Source: Chrysemys picta bellii
Lineage: Eukaryota
Direction: 5' to 3'
DNA length: 64,000 nt
NCBI RefSeq assembly: GCF_011386835.1
Contig: NC_088794.1
Location: 115,878,001 to 115,942,000, forward strand
Positions 1 to 11,529 of the stretch are shown piece after piece (within the stretch, counting starts at the first letter, position 1; every line of letters begins with the position of its first letter). Below the pieces are notes generated by a model, which did not search any database, was not told where the DNA came from, and saw only the letters and a list, made by a program, of their open reading frames with translations. Both the position numbers and the translations under genes were made by a program.

Positions 1-1673
1 CAAACCAGGGGAGCTTGTGAGAACAGCACTTGCATTACCTGGATTTGAAATTCAGACAAAATTGAAAATCTTTTCAAATAGGGACAGAATGATTTGGCTA
101 CCTTTTTATGCTCTGAACCCACCAGCGAGAACCGTTAATGGGGATGGAGCTTGCATTGTGCTTCCGCAATCGGCTTCGGAGATCACCCGAGATAAATGCC
201 ATTCATGGTGATCCAGTTCTGTAAAAGCTAATGTGTGAGGGAATGGGAGAAAGAAAAGGGAGCCTTACATGAGATAGGGGCCCCGGCTCCTGGCAGTGCT
301 ATATAAATAGGAATGATAAGGGAAAGGAATGGGCCACCTGCCTCTTCTGAATTGCCTATGTGAAAAACTAAAGAAAACAATCTTGCTGCCTATGATAAGA
401 TCAAGACTGGCAGCTTTCAGAGTCAAGACAATGTTCGTGGGATTTAAAAAAATTGTTTTTAATGGATTTTGAAGCATGCCTTCATTTAGAGTTTGTTTAC
501 AAAAATAAAATGGAATCCAGCAGTGAAACATTTTAACTCAAGTTAGAGTGGCAGCAGGAGCATTGAATTTCCACGGCCAGCTGGTAAGTTTTTGCTAAGA
601 ATCTACCTTGCTCCAACCACTTGTGATCAAGTGAAGAATGAATTTCAGAAGGTTTGGGAACTTGATTCAGATGTTGCTTCATCTGAACTTCTTGAGCCAG
701 AAATTGGTGCTGGAAATCTCCAGATGAGGATTTCAAAGAACAGAGCCCCCAAAAGGGGTGGGGGACAGCACACTATAGAAATCCAAGCCCTCTTCCCTTT
801 CCCAATGGGGAGCTTGGCTTCTCATCTGGTTGATGCGCTTGGACAGCAGAGCTCCTCTTAGTCCTCTAGCTTGTACTGCCCGGTAAATTTTGCAAACTAC
901 AAATGGTTGGTGGCAGTGCCTGAATGAGACTATAGTGTGAGTGGATGTGGGTGGGTGGGAGAGACAGATGGATTAAGTAAGAGAGAGGGATATGGAGAAG
1001 TGAGACAGCTAGCATATATGGGAGGGGAGGTAGCGAGAACCCAATGTAGGGAAAGAAAGACAAGAGGGATAGATGAGTGGTGGGAGAGAGACAGAAAGAG
1101 AGAAGAAACAGGACACTGAAGAAAACACAGGAAAATGTACACCATGCTCTATTATAGGAAAGAAAAGGAATGAAACAAGAAAGAGAAAGAAGGAAAAAAC
1201 ATGTTACAATTAATTAGAGTACCAAGTGATATAGTGTCTTTAAATTGCAGTGGTTGTGGGTTTGGGAAGTGGGGCTTCTTGGTACAGATATATTTCATCC
1301 TGTCTAGTAGGTGTTGATCTTGAACTAGGAGGTGTTGGGTACAATTTCAAGCCCTGGCTTAGTGGTTATATTAAGAACAAGGGGTCAGGACTCCTGGGTT
1401 CTATTCCTACTTCTCTAAGGGAATGTGATCCAATGGGTGGATCACAGACTGCGGGAGCCACTGTCATTTCTACAGTTGGGGAAGCTGTGGTATAGAAAGG
1501 ACAGAGCAAAAATTGTTAAAAGTAGCTATTAATGTTGAGTGTCTCCATTTTTGGGAACCCAGTTGGACCTCATTTTCACAGGTGCTGAGCACCCACAACC
1601 CTTGCTTCAGTCAGTGGGATCTGTGTGTATTCAGCACCTGTGAAAATTAGACCCAGTGTTCCTCAAATGGGAC

Positions 1674-3016
1674 AGTGATGGGGTGTACCAGACCCTTTGA
1701 GGCCCCCTGCTGGAGGCCTCATGGCCCTGCTCACCCTGCCCCAGAAAAGGGTAATGGAGAGGGTCCTCCAAGCTGCCTAGTGTGGCTGTGTCCTCAATCA
1801 GGACTGAGCAGCCTAGTATAAGAAGAGCTGCAGGGCCGGAGTGAGTTCAGTTCCTTGTTGGAGCTGCAGGAGTGTGGCTGGCTGAGGGAGCTGCAGGACC
1901 TCGTACAGGGCAGCACTGCCAGAAGCTGGTGAGAGCGAGAAGGCTCTCCAGGCTGGTTGCTGAGACTCCATCAGGACAAGGCCCTGAGGTAAGGGTGAAG
2001 ATGGTGCGGGCAGGGGTGAAAGTAACTTAAAGGAATTACCGGGACGCCGGAGTCCTGAGCAGGGGCATGACCTCAACCAGAAGAGGCGTGGCAATCAACC
2101 GGAAGAGGCGGGGCCTTCCAAGATTGAAAGGCCCTGGGGCTCCGGCTATGGCTGGGAGCCCCAGGGCCTTTAAATCACCCCGGAGCTACCAGCTGCAGAG
2201 GCGGCTGGGAGCCCTGGGGCTTAGGGGTGAATTAAAAGGCTTGGTGCTCCTGCCACTGCAGGGAGCTCCAGCCTCTTTAAATTGAGGTAGCAGCAGCAGG
2301 GCTGGGGTAGCAGCAGCAGGGCTCCAGCGGTGATTTAAAGGGCCCGGGGCTCCCTGCAGTTGCAGGAGCTCCGGGCCCTTTAAATCCCCACCCGTGCCTG
2401 GCTGCAGGAGCCCCGGGGCTCCAGCAGCGATTTAAAGGGCCGGAGGCTTTGGCCGCTGTGGGGAGCCCCAGGCCCTTTAAAGCGCCGCTGGAGCTCGGGC
2501 ATCGGGGCTCGGGTGGTGCTTTAAAGGGCCCGGGGCTCCCCACAGGGGCCGGAACTCTGGGCCCTTTAAATCCCCGCCTGAGCCTGGCTGTCGGAGCTCC
2601 GGCGGGGATTTAAAGGGCCCAGGGCTCCCCGCAGTGGCTGGAGCCCTGGTCCCTTTAAATAACCGCTGGAGAGGCTGGTCCAGTCCAGCACAGCGTACTG
2701 GCTTACTTTCACCTCTGGGTGCCGGGGCTGCAGGGAAGTGGCCTGGGGAATTAGAGCAGCAGCAAGGCTTAGATAAAGGGACATGGCAGATGACTGCTAT
2801 CTACAGGGTCCCTGGGCATGGGCCTGGGTCTCCCCCACCCTCCATTAGCCACTGGGGGAAGAGGCCTGGACTTTGAGGCACCCGAGAAGGCAAACCGAAT
2901 CCTTTAGTGGCCTAGCAGGAGGGGCCTGAAACACCCAGAGAGGGTGAGGACACTGCCACCAGGGGAAGCCCTGGGGTATGGCTCAATACCAGGGCTGAGA
3001 CCATTGATAGACTACA
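1674..3016 (+). mobile_element. Solo LTR (Gypsy-type), interrupted by a hAT MITE at 2011-2717
   Basis: Starts (a)gtgatgggGTGTACC and ends ...actaCA; 4-bp flank ggac at 1670-1673 and 3017-3020; TATA-like gtataagaag near 1816; layout resembles LTR at 43635-44393. Confidence 0.6.
2011..2717. mobile_element. Non-autonomous hAT DNA transposon (TIR cagRggtgaaagtaa)
   Basis: TIRs caggggtgaaagtaa / ttactttcacctctg; 8-bp TSD ggtgcggg (2003-2010) vs ggtgccgg (2718-2725); internal GC-rich tttaaagggccc repeats. Confidence 0.85.
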
Positions 3017-5261
3017 GGACTCATTGACCAAGCAGGGCGATGGGGAGAGAAAGTGCAAGCCCACACACACTCGGGCAGAGGGCGCTTTCGAGAGGGGAGT
3101 GTATCCCATTACAGGGACTCATAAAATGAATGGCCAGTTTTGAAAACGTTGACCCTAGTGCCTCACAGTCGCACAGTGAGCCAGTGACAGAGTTTGGAGT
3201 GGAACCCAGGAGCACTGATTGCCAGCCCCCCAGCCCTGACCGCTAGACCAGCATTGCACTCATTGGGTCTCATGATGCACTGATGTTGTCCAGAGAGGGA
3301 ATGTTTTTAAAATTTGGCAGCCTTACCCTGCTCCCACATCATTAAACTCATGTTGTGCTTCTTCCCAGAAGGCCTGACTTCCCGACAGAGCTGGGGATCA
3401 TGGCAGATTCTGGTTTGACGTTTCTTGAGCACATTTGCTTTACCCACTCCTTAATTTTGTTTACTGTCTTTGGAGATGGAGGAGGGTTACAATTATTCCT
3501 ACTGAGACATATTTTATATTAAGCAGGATGTGTAAAGACAACCCCCCCCACACACACCCGATAGCTTGGCCATTCTGAGAACAAAGAAAGAAATCGTGGT
3601 GGGGGGAGGGCGTGTGGAAAAAGGTTGTGTTCCACTTAAAAAAAAGATGTTTAATTTCTGGTAACTTTGAAGATTCTAGTTGCCATAACAACTTGCTGTG
3701 TTTTCTTTGTGGCATGGTTTTCTTCACATGGTTTTTAAGAACTTTATGAGCTGTGACCAGAAAATGCCAGCAAGATTTAACCAAAAGAAAGAAGAAAAAC
3801 ACAACTCCAATTATCAGCTTCCCAGTAGCCTGTGGTGCAGTGTGGAGCATTGGAAACATAGGGTGTATCTTCACTGCAATGTTAGCCCAGGTGACAGGCA
3901 CTTGAGTGTGAGCAGCTGCATTGCAAAGTCCTACCTGAGTTAGTGTGTTCTCACTGATGCTGCACTCACCCGTGAGTGTTACTGGACTTCTAGGGACATA
4001 TCCCATGATTCTTTGTGCTGCAGTAAGTTGAGTTTCTCTATTGTTATTTCTAAGTGAATTGTTGGAGAACTTGTCTGTCTTGAGCCCATGGTAACTGGAA
4101 AGGCACTGGAGGACTATCAGCCCTCGAGATTTAGCCTATGTCCTCACTGCAAAGTGGGTGGGTTACCAGCCCAAATGAAAGAGGAAGCTGGGCTTTAACC
4201 CACACACCCAGCAGGGCCAGCTAGTCCAGACTGAAAGCACTTGAATAAGAGTTTGGGGTAACTTTGCATTGAAGACATACTCTTAGAAGCCTGCTGTGCT
4301 AGGAAAGCAGAGACCACTCTCTTTTCCTGCCATACTGGGGACTGGCTCTTCCACTAAGCAGAATGGCACTAATGACTGGGCCCCAGGTATCCTCTGCCCA
4401 GAAGTCAGCCGTTGCTGCAGAATTTGTGCTGCAGCATCCTTTTGAAAACGTTGGGCATGATTCTCAGCTGGTGTGAATCAGCATATCTCTATCTTTACAT
4501 CTCATGAGAATCTGGCCCATTGTTTCTACACCTCCAAGTAGAGGATGACCTAAAAGCATGGCCTGAATGTAACTGATGTAGCAATGCCTACCTGTGGGTG
4601 TGGGTGGTCAGAAACATAACTCTGAGAGGAGTGGGACTGCCTCGTTCATGGGGCTGCTGATTAAAACCTACAATGGCAGTTGAGTGATCAGCCTTGTTAA
4701 CTTTTTGCTGCTGATCATTTTAGCAGAAACACCTGGTTAAAATGCTTATCCGACAATCCCAAACAGATCCCTCTCCCCACATCTTCCCAGTCTCACCTAT
4801 CTAGCTGCCAAAATCTCCAGTTTTCTCCCACTCTTAATTTCTGTCATGCAGTTATGTTGTCAGTACAGAAATCTGTGGCCTACTAAAAATGTTAACAGTG
4901 TAAAAGAAATAGAATTTAATGACAAAATAAATAACAGAGGATGATGACTGTGTTTATCTATACACATGGGCCAATCACGGTAGGATCTAGTGCCTCTAAA
5001 AATAAAGAATTCGTAGTGGTTGTGGTACTTTGAGTAACTTTAACTGTTACACAATTTAGTTTTTTTATTTTGTCATGTATTACATTACACAACTATGGAT
5101 ATAAACTATGATACAGACACCAAACTAAACTTTCCTTTGAATTTGTATTTAATTTGGCTTAGAAAATAATCAATTTAAACATTATATCAAGTTGTTTCAG
5201 TGCACAGTTCAGCACACTGTTAACACACGTGTATTGTGTAGGTGTTTTAGTGGATGTAAAG

Positions 5262-5892
5262 CAGGGGTGAAAGTAGAAATAGGGACTTATCGGTACGGGG
5301 CTGGATTGGGGCTGGCTCTGGCCCCCGGAAGGGGCGGGGCCTCAGGTGGAAGGGGCGGGGATAGGGGGGTCAGAGCCAGCCCGGCCCACCCTGTACCGGT
5401 AAGTGCCCTCCCTCTCCCCCGCTGGGGTAGCAGTGGCAGCTGGGGGCTCCGGCAGCAGTTTAAAGGGCCCAGGGCTCGGCCGCAGCTACCGCCCCGGACC
5501 CTTTAAACTGCTGCCAGAGCCCCGGGCTGCCGCTGCTACCCCAGCGCTCTGGCAGCAGGGCTCTGGCGGCTATTTAAAGGGCCGGGGCCGTAGAGGCAGC
5601 GGGAGCCCCAGGGCCTTTAAATAGCCCCTGGAGCCCTGCCACTCCTCTAGGGCTCCGGCGGCTATTTAAAGGGCCCAGGACCCCCCTGCTTCTACTGTCC
5701 CGGCCCTTTAAATAACCCCTGGAGCCCTGCTGCCGGTACCCCAGGGCTCCAGCAGCGGGGCTCTGGCTGCAATTTAAAGGGCCTGGGGCTCCAGCCGCTG
5801 CTGGGAGCCCCAGGCCCTTGAAATTGCCACCTGGGGAAGCCGGGCCGCTCCGGTACAGCGCACCGGGGCGTACCGGCTTACTTTCACCTCTA
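5262..5892. mobile_element. Non-autonomous hAT, same TIR family as 2011-2717
   Basis: TIRs caggggtgaaagta / ttactttcacctcta; perfect 8-bp TSD atgtaaag (5254-5261, 5893-5900). Confidence 0.9.
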
Positions 5893-6818
5893 ATGTAAAG
5901 TCTAATTCAAAGCCCATTGCAGTCAATAGGGCCTGGATCTGCAAAGGTATGGAGGTGCCTAACCCCCGACTTAGGATCCTAAGTCCTGTTTTTAGGATCC
6001 GTTGCGGTTCCCAAAACCCCATTTGGCTGGTGCCTAATCTGTAGGCGCCTGTGTTCCCTAGTAACCTATATTTCTGCCTCTGGGCATGTGGAGTGCTGCC
6101 TCAGTCTAAGCACCTGGTTGCCCTGAGTGGTCCATGAACCAGGGGAAGATAGATGCAGCTATCCACTCTTACTGAAATGCCTATCATCTGTTATAAAGTG
6201 AATGGAAGCAGTAAAGAGGCTAGGGGAATGTGGCCACCCAGGTCTGTGCAATGTTATGTTCTGTCCTCCTCCCCCACCTTCGAGAAATCTGCCTGTTGTC
6301 ACCTCTGCCACAGTGCCTATGATCATCACAGCTTTGCCAACTCCTCTACTGACATCCTTCCACAGGTCTCCATTAGTACAATGTCTTTCTCTGGAGCATA
6401 CCCAAGTCCCAACTCTCCAGAATCCAGCACATTCAGAAGCCTGGCGCCTACCTGCACACATGCCTAGCCACATTATACCACTGGCTTGGGCTCATCTCCT
6501 CACAGACACCAAGAAACCCAGTCATACCACTGTGATGTGCAAGAGAGAAATGCTTGGTTAGAACCAAATAACTTTAATGGCTCCCCTTTCAGTTCAAGAT
6601 TGATTTCAAAGCTCTCTGCCTTGGTTGTAAAACTCTCCAGCTTTATCTCTCTTACCCTCCTCATGTGCATAGCACCAGCCTCCTTTCTGTTCTTTCATAT
6701 AGTCTGTCTCTTGTTTGTGCAAGAACCTTCTCCTCTGCAGCATCTGTCATCTGAAACAAGCTTCCTGTACCTCTCCACCTCATTAACTTGCCTTCTAGTT
6801 TAAAATTGCTTTTGCAAC

Positions 6819-8272
6819 CATAGAAGTGTAGGACTGGAAGGGACCTCAAGAGGTCGTTTAGTCCAGTTCCCTGCACTGAGGCAGGGCTAAATATTATCTA
6901 GACCAGGGGTCTCAAACACGCGGCCCGCGAAGCTCTTCCTTGCAGCCCTCCAAGCTCCCCGTGCCCCGCCCCCCGTTACTTCCTGTCGCCACCAAACTCC
7001 CCTCACCTCTGCCCCCCCTGAGTTATTTTATGTGGCAGCTAAGTTCCCCGGGCGCTGCTCCCCAATGTTTGGGGCCAGGTCTCTCCCCCGGCCCCGCCTG
7101 CCACCCCAAAACACCTCCCCCGAGTGTCCCCCGGGCTCACTTGCTGCCCCTTCACCACCCAGAGCCTGCAGCTCATACTGACTCCGCTCCGCTCTGCCAG
7201 CTTCCAGCATCACGTGCTGCCGCAGGGTCCTAGTGCCCCCCTCCACTAGGGCCAGGGCAGGCTGCTCTTCCCCTGCCCTTCTGCCCTAGACCTGAGCCTC
7301 TCCAATGCCCCAAACCCCTCACCCCCAGCCCCACAGCCCTCACCCCTGTACCCCATGCTATCCCCAAACTCCATCCCAGAGCCTGCACCTTCACTCCCTG
7401 CCCCAGCCCGGAGCCTGCACCCAAACTCCATCTCAGAGTCTGCACCCCAGACCCCCTTCCCCATCCAAACTTCCTCCCAGAGCCTTAGGCAGGTGGGGGC
7501 AGAGTTTGGGGTGGGGGGACAGGTTCTGGGCACCACCAAAATTTCTACAAACCTGCCACCCTGGAAGAGGCAGAGCAGGGGTGGAGTGGTGGTGCAGCCC
7601 AGTGCAGTCAGGGGGGCTTTACTGAGTGTATATATTTTATTAAAACCGCTTGGAGGAGGAGGTGGAGAAGAGACAGGGCAGAGGCGGGGCCTTATGGAAG
7701 GGGTGGGGTGGTGGCAGGGCCAAGGGCAGCGAGGGGGGGTGTCAGTGATGCGGCCCTCGGGCCAATCCACTAGTCCTCATGTGGCCCTCGTGGTCATTTG
7801 AGTTTGAGACCCCTGATCTAGACCATCCCTGATAGGTATTTGTCCAACTTTTTCTTAAAAACCTCCAATCAAGGGGATTCCACGGCCTCCCTAGGTAATT
7901 AGTTCGAGTGCTTAACTACCTTTATGGTTAGGAAGTTTTGCCTAATGTCTCATCTAAATCTCTCTTGCTGCAATTTAGGCCCATTATTTCTTGTCCCATC
8001 CTCAGTGGATAAGGAGAACAATGTATCATCCTCTTCACAACAACCTTTTATGTACTTGAAGATTGTTATGTTCCCCCTCAGTCTTCTCTTTGCTAGACTA
8101 AACAAACTCAGTCTTCCCTCATAGGTCATGTTTTCCAGGCTTTAATCTTTTTTGTTGCTCTCCTCTGGATTTTCCCCAACTTGTCCACATCTGTCCTGAA
8201 GTGTAGTGCCCAGAACTGGACACAGAACTCCAGTTGAGACCTTATCAGTGCTGAGTAGATTGGAAGAATTAC
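6819..8272 (-). mobile_element. 5'-truncated CR1 LINE (3' end of ORF2 plus 3' UTR), split by hAT insertion
   Basis: Minus strand near 8170-8250 reads YSALIRSQLEFCVQFWALHFRTDVD (CR1 ORF2 C-terminal motif); 3' UTR catagaa...ggaagggacctc at 6819-6860; continuity across 6903/7816. Confidence 0.88.
6904..7815. mobile_element. Non-autonomous hAT (Charlie/Buster-type TIR) nested in CR1
   Basis: TIRs caggggtctcaaac / gtttgagacccctg; perfect 8-bp TSD atctagac (6896-6903, 7816-7823). Confidence 0.92.
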
Positions 8273-8693
8273 CAGTACTTCTCTTTCTCTTTCCCTCTCC
8301 TGTTAATATTGAACCCTCTAATTGTGCTGTCAGCTCTATAAAGTGCTTTAGGATGGTGCATGAGTGGTGCTATAGAAATTAATGGTGTATGTGTGCTGTA
8401 CATGGATCCAAACCATCTTGAGTGAGGGTTAAAGGCAATGCTGGATCAATAGTTCAGAGTAACTTTGAGAGCAAACATGCAAATAGATTTTCTTTTTCTT
8501 TTTCTGTCCCTTCTTAAAATGACAAGAAGTAGAAGAAATGCAAGAAAGAAAGAAAAACAATTTTCAGGCAAAACACTCCACTGTGAAAATCAAACATAAT
8601 ATTCTAACTATGGATCTGTCGGGTTATGGCCACCATCTCTGTCTCCCTCCATTTTGCTCTCCATCCATTATCCGCCTTTCTTTAAAGGAGCCA

Positions 8694-8837
8694 NNNNNNN
8701 NNNNNNNNNNNNNNNNNNNNNNNNNNNNNNNNNNNNNNNNNNNNNNNNNNNNNNNNNNNNNNNNNNNNNNNNNNNNNNNNNNNNNNNNNNNNNNNNNNNN
8801 NNNNNNNNNNNNNNNNNNNNNNNNNNNNNNNNNNNNN
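8694..8837. other. Assembly gap (144 N)
   Basis: Run of n bases. Confidence 1.
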
Positions 8838-8858
8838 TGTTTTTCTCCTGCCTGGATC

Positions 8859-9038
8859 AAACATTGGAATAAACTGCCTAGGGAGGTTGTGGAATCTCCA
8901 TCTCTGGAGCTATTTAAGAGTAGGTTAGATAAATGTCTATCAGGGATGGTCTAGACAGTATTTGGTCCAGCCATGCGGGCAGGGGACTGGACTCGATGAC
9001 CTCTCGAGGTCCCTTCCAGCCCTAGAATCTATGTTCTA
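8859..9038 (+). mobile_element. Short CR1 3' end
   Basis: KHWNKLPREVVESPSLELFKSRLDKCLSGMV* (CR1 ORF2 terminus) followed by ggactcgatgacctctcgaggtcccttccag 3' UTR and ctatg tail. Confidence 0.9.
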
Positions 9039-9141
9039 AAGAAGGAGAGAAACAGAGGGTAGGAGGAGAGAGAAACCATTTGTACTGTTATATATCCAAC
9101 ACCTTAAAACAGAAAAAAGCATTAAGGTTACAATAAGAAGA

Positions 9142-9835
9142 GAGGACTGGCTCTCTCAAGGGATCAGGGATTAGAAAGCACAGCCTTTCATTTTTAGGGC
9201 ACTGGTTCCAGTCCAGCCCCAGGTTTGGGGAATTAGCTGGCTTAAGGGTTTTGGAGCATGAAATATGCAGCCTTCTACCTCTAGGACAACAGTTCCAATC
9301 CAACCCCATCCTGAGGAACCAACTGGGTGAGGGAAATTAGGGTATGAGATATGGAGCCTTATAGGCTGTGTTCTCAACCTTTCCAGACTACTGTATCCCT
9401 TTCAGGAGTCTGATTTGTCTTGCGTATCCCCAAGTGTCACCTCACTTAAAAACTACTTGCTTACAAAATGAGACATAAAAATGCAGAAGTGTCACAGCGC
9501 ACTTACTGAAATTGCTTACTTTCTCATTTTCACCATCTAATTATAAAATAAATCAGTTGGAATATAAATATTGTACTTACATTTCAGTGTATAGTATATA
9601 GAACAGTATAAACAAGTCATTGTATGAAATTTTAGTTTGTACTGATGTTGTTAGTGCTTTTTATGTAGCCTGTTGTAAAACTGGGCAAATCTCTAGATGA
9701 GCTGATGTACCCCCTGGAAGACCTCTGCATACCCCCAGGGGTACACGTACCGCTGGTTGAGAACCACTGCTCTATGGCACTAGCTGGAATCAAGATTACT
9801 ATCTGATCATTTTCTGGTGCCCTATGAGAAATTAA
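9142..9835 (+). mobile_element. LF-SINE-like remnant: three tandem tRNA-derived heads (9142, 9227, 9313), the third continuing after the hAT insertion
   Basis: Each unit resembles the recalled LF-SINE head (ggggactgg...gatatggagcctttcacctctagg...gttc..atccagccc); after 9770, attactatctgat and ggtgccctatgagaaat match the LF-SINE body. Confidence 0.6.
9366..9769. mobile_element. Non-autonomous hAT (Charlie-like, AT-rich)
   Basis: Ends ctgtgttctcaacc / ggttgagaaccactg; degenerate TSD cttatagg / ctctatgg. Confidence 0.75.
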
Positions 9836-10160
9836 AGAGTGTGGGGGGATGGGGGGGGAGGGGAATACAGATGATAGTGTACCAAGGACCAGGTTCACTT
9901 TTTCTCAATATCATGTCACAGGTTGTGGAATTCAGGATGTGTTGAGACCTGGATGAAGCAGAATTTTCCCACATATAGGGTGCATACATCATCTCTTTGC
10001 AAAGGCCTGTCTCTCAGTAATGATGGCTGCAGAATCGCCAGCAGCAACTTTTCTGGAGACCAGGGAGAAACCAGGGGAAGCAGTGCAGTCCAGTGGCTAG
10101 ATCACAGGACTGAGAATCAGGAAGCTTTCTATTCATACAACTACCACTGCCCTGCTGTGT

Positions 10161-11262
10161 TAGGGTTACCATACGTCCTCTTTTTCCCGGACATGTCCGG
10201 CTTTTCGGCAGTCAAACCCCCGTCCGGGGGGAATTGCCAAAAAGCCGAACATGTCCGGGAAAATGGCGGCTCTGCTCCTCCCCGACTCTTCGGCTCTGTT
10301 TAAGAGCCGGGCTGCCCGAACGCTACCGGCTTCGGGCAGCCCCGTGCCTCCAGACCCTGCGCCGCCGGAGCCCGGGAGGGGAAGTGCCTGGCTGGGGGCG
10401 CAGGGTCTGGAGGCAGGGGGGCTGCCCGAAGCCGGTAGCGCTCGGGCAGCCCGGCTCTTAAACAGAGCCGAAGAGTCGGGGAGGAGCAGAGCCACGGCGG
10501 CTGACGCCTCCAGCCGCCGGGGCTCTGTGTAACTGACACAGTGTCAGTTACACAGAGCCAAAGAGGAGCAAAGCCTCCAGCTGCAGGGGCTCTGTGTAAC
10601 TGACACAGTCGCTGGAGGCTCTGTTTAAGAGCCGGGCTGCCCAAGAGCTACCGGCTTCGGGCAGCCCCCTTGCCTCCGGACCCTGTGCCCCCAGCCGGGC
10701 ACTTCCCCTCCCGGGCTCCGGCGGCGCAGGGTCCGGAGGCACGGGGGCTGCCCGAAGCCGGTAGCTCTTGGGCAGCCCGGCTCTTAAACAGAGCCTAAGA
10801 GGAGCAGAGCCTCCAGCTGCGGGGGCTCTGCTCCTCTTCGGCTCTGTGTAACTTATACGGTGTAAGTTACGCAGAGCCGCCGGAGCCCCGGAGGGGAAGT
10901 GCCCGGCTTGGGGCACAGGGTCCGGAGGCATAGGGGCTGCCCAAAGCCTGAGCGCTACCGGCTTCACGGTTTGCTGGGCAGCCTCCAGACCCTGTGCCCC
11001 CGGCTGGGCGCTTCCCCTCCCGGGCTCCAGCTGCGCTGGGGAAGTGCCGGCTGGGGGCGCAGGGTCTGGGGGCTGCCCGGGAAACCGTGAAGCTGGTAGC
11101 ACTGGAGCAGCCCTTTCCCCCTGGCTGGGAGTGGGAGGGAGGAGGGGGCGGAGTTAGGGTGGGGAAGGGGTGGAGTTGGGGCGGGGCTAGGGGTGGGGAA
11201 ATGGGCGGGGCCAGGGCCCGTGGAGGGTCCTCTTTTTTTATTTATGAGATATGGTAACCCTA
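10161..11262. mobile_element. Non-autonomous hAT (Tip100-type TIR tagggttaccata) with internal palindromic array
   Basis: TIRs tagggttaccata / tatggtaaccccta-type end at 11250-11262; perfect 8-bp TSD tgctgtgt (10153-10160, 11263-11270); CpG-rich, so young. Confidence 0.92.
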
Positions 11263-11529
11263 TGCTGTGTTAGCCTGGGAAAATCACTTCACTTCTATCT
11301 GTTTATCAACTACATCTTTACTGCCCATGCTTTGACCTAATTGTCCTTTGCCTTTGAAACCCTCCACTGTCTCCACCTTTTCCAAGCCATCCAGTTCAAG
11401 CTTCTTGTCTTCACTTTCAAAATGCAACTCAAAATAGTCCAGCTGATGTCCTGTTAGTGAAAGGCTCTGGCTCAGATTCTGATCTCAATAGCACCAGTGT
11501 AAATAAAGAGAAATCTCTGTCTTTACTGG

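Noticed and set aside
298-310. TATA/MEF2-like gctatataaatag
   Set aside because: No downstream initiator, CpG island or ORF support; such motifs are frequent by chance
2011-2717. Regularly recurring palindromic repeats resembling a CRISPR array (also 5262-5892 and 10161-11262)
   Set aside because: Eukaryotic context, no unique spacers, variable repeat orientation, no cas genes, and bounded by TIRs and 8-bp TSDs
3461-4006. 181-aa minus-strand ORF
   Set aside because: No domain similarity; crosses simple tracts (poly-C/CA, FFFF); only a 48-nt piece has splice signals
7246-7801. ORFs of 174 aa (-) and 148 aa (+)
   Set aside because: Inside a hAT MITE; low-complexity Pro/Gly translations
10166-11102. 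Long overlapping ORFs (109-184 aa) rich in P/A/G/R/L
   Set aside because: They lie inside a GC-rich palindromic MITE; open frames on both strands reflect composition and repeats, with no transposase motifs
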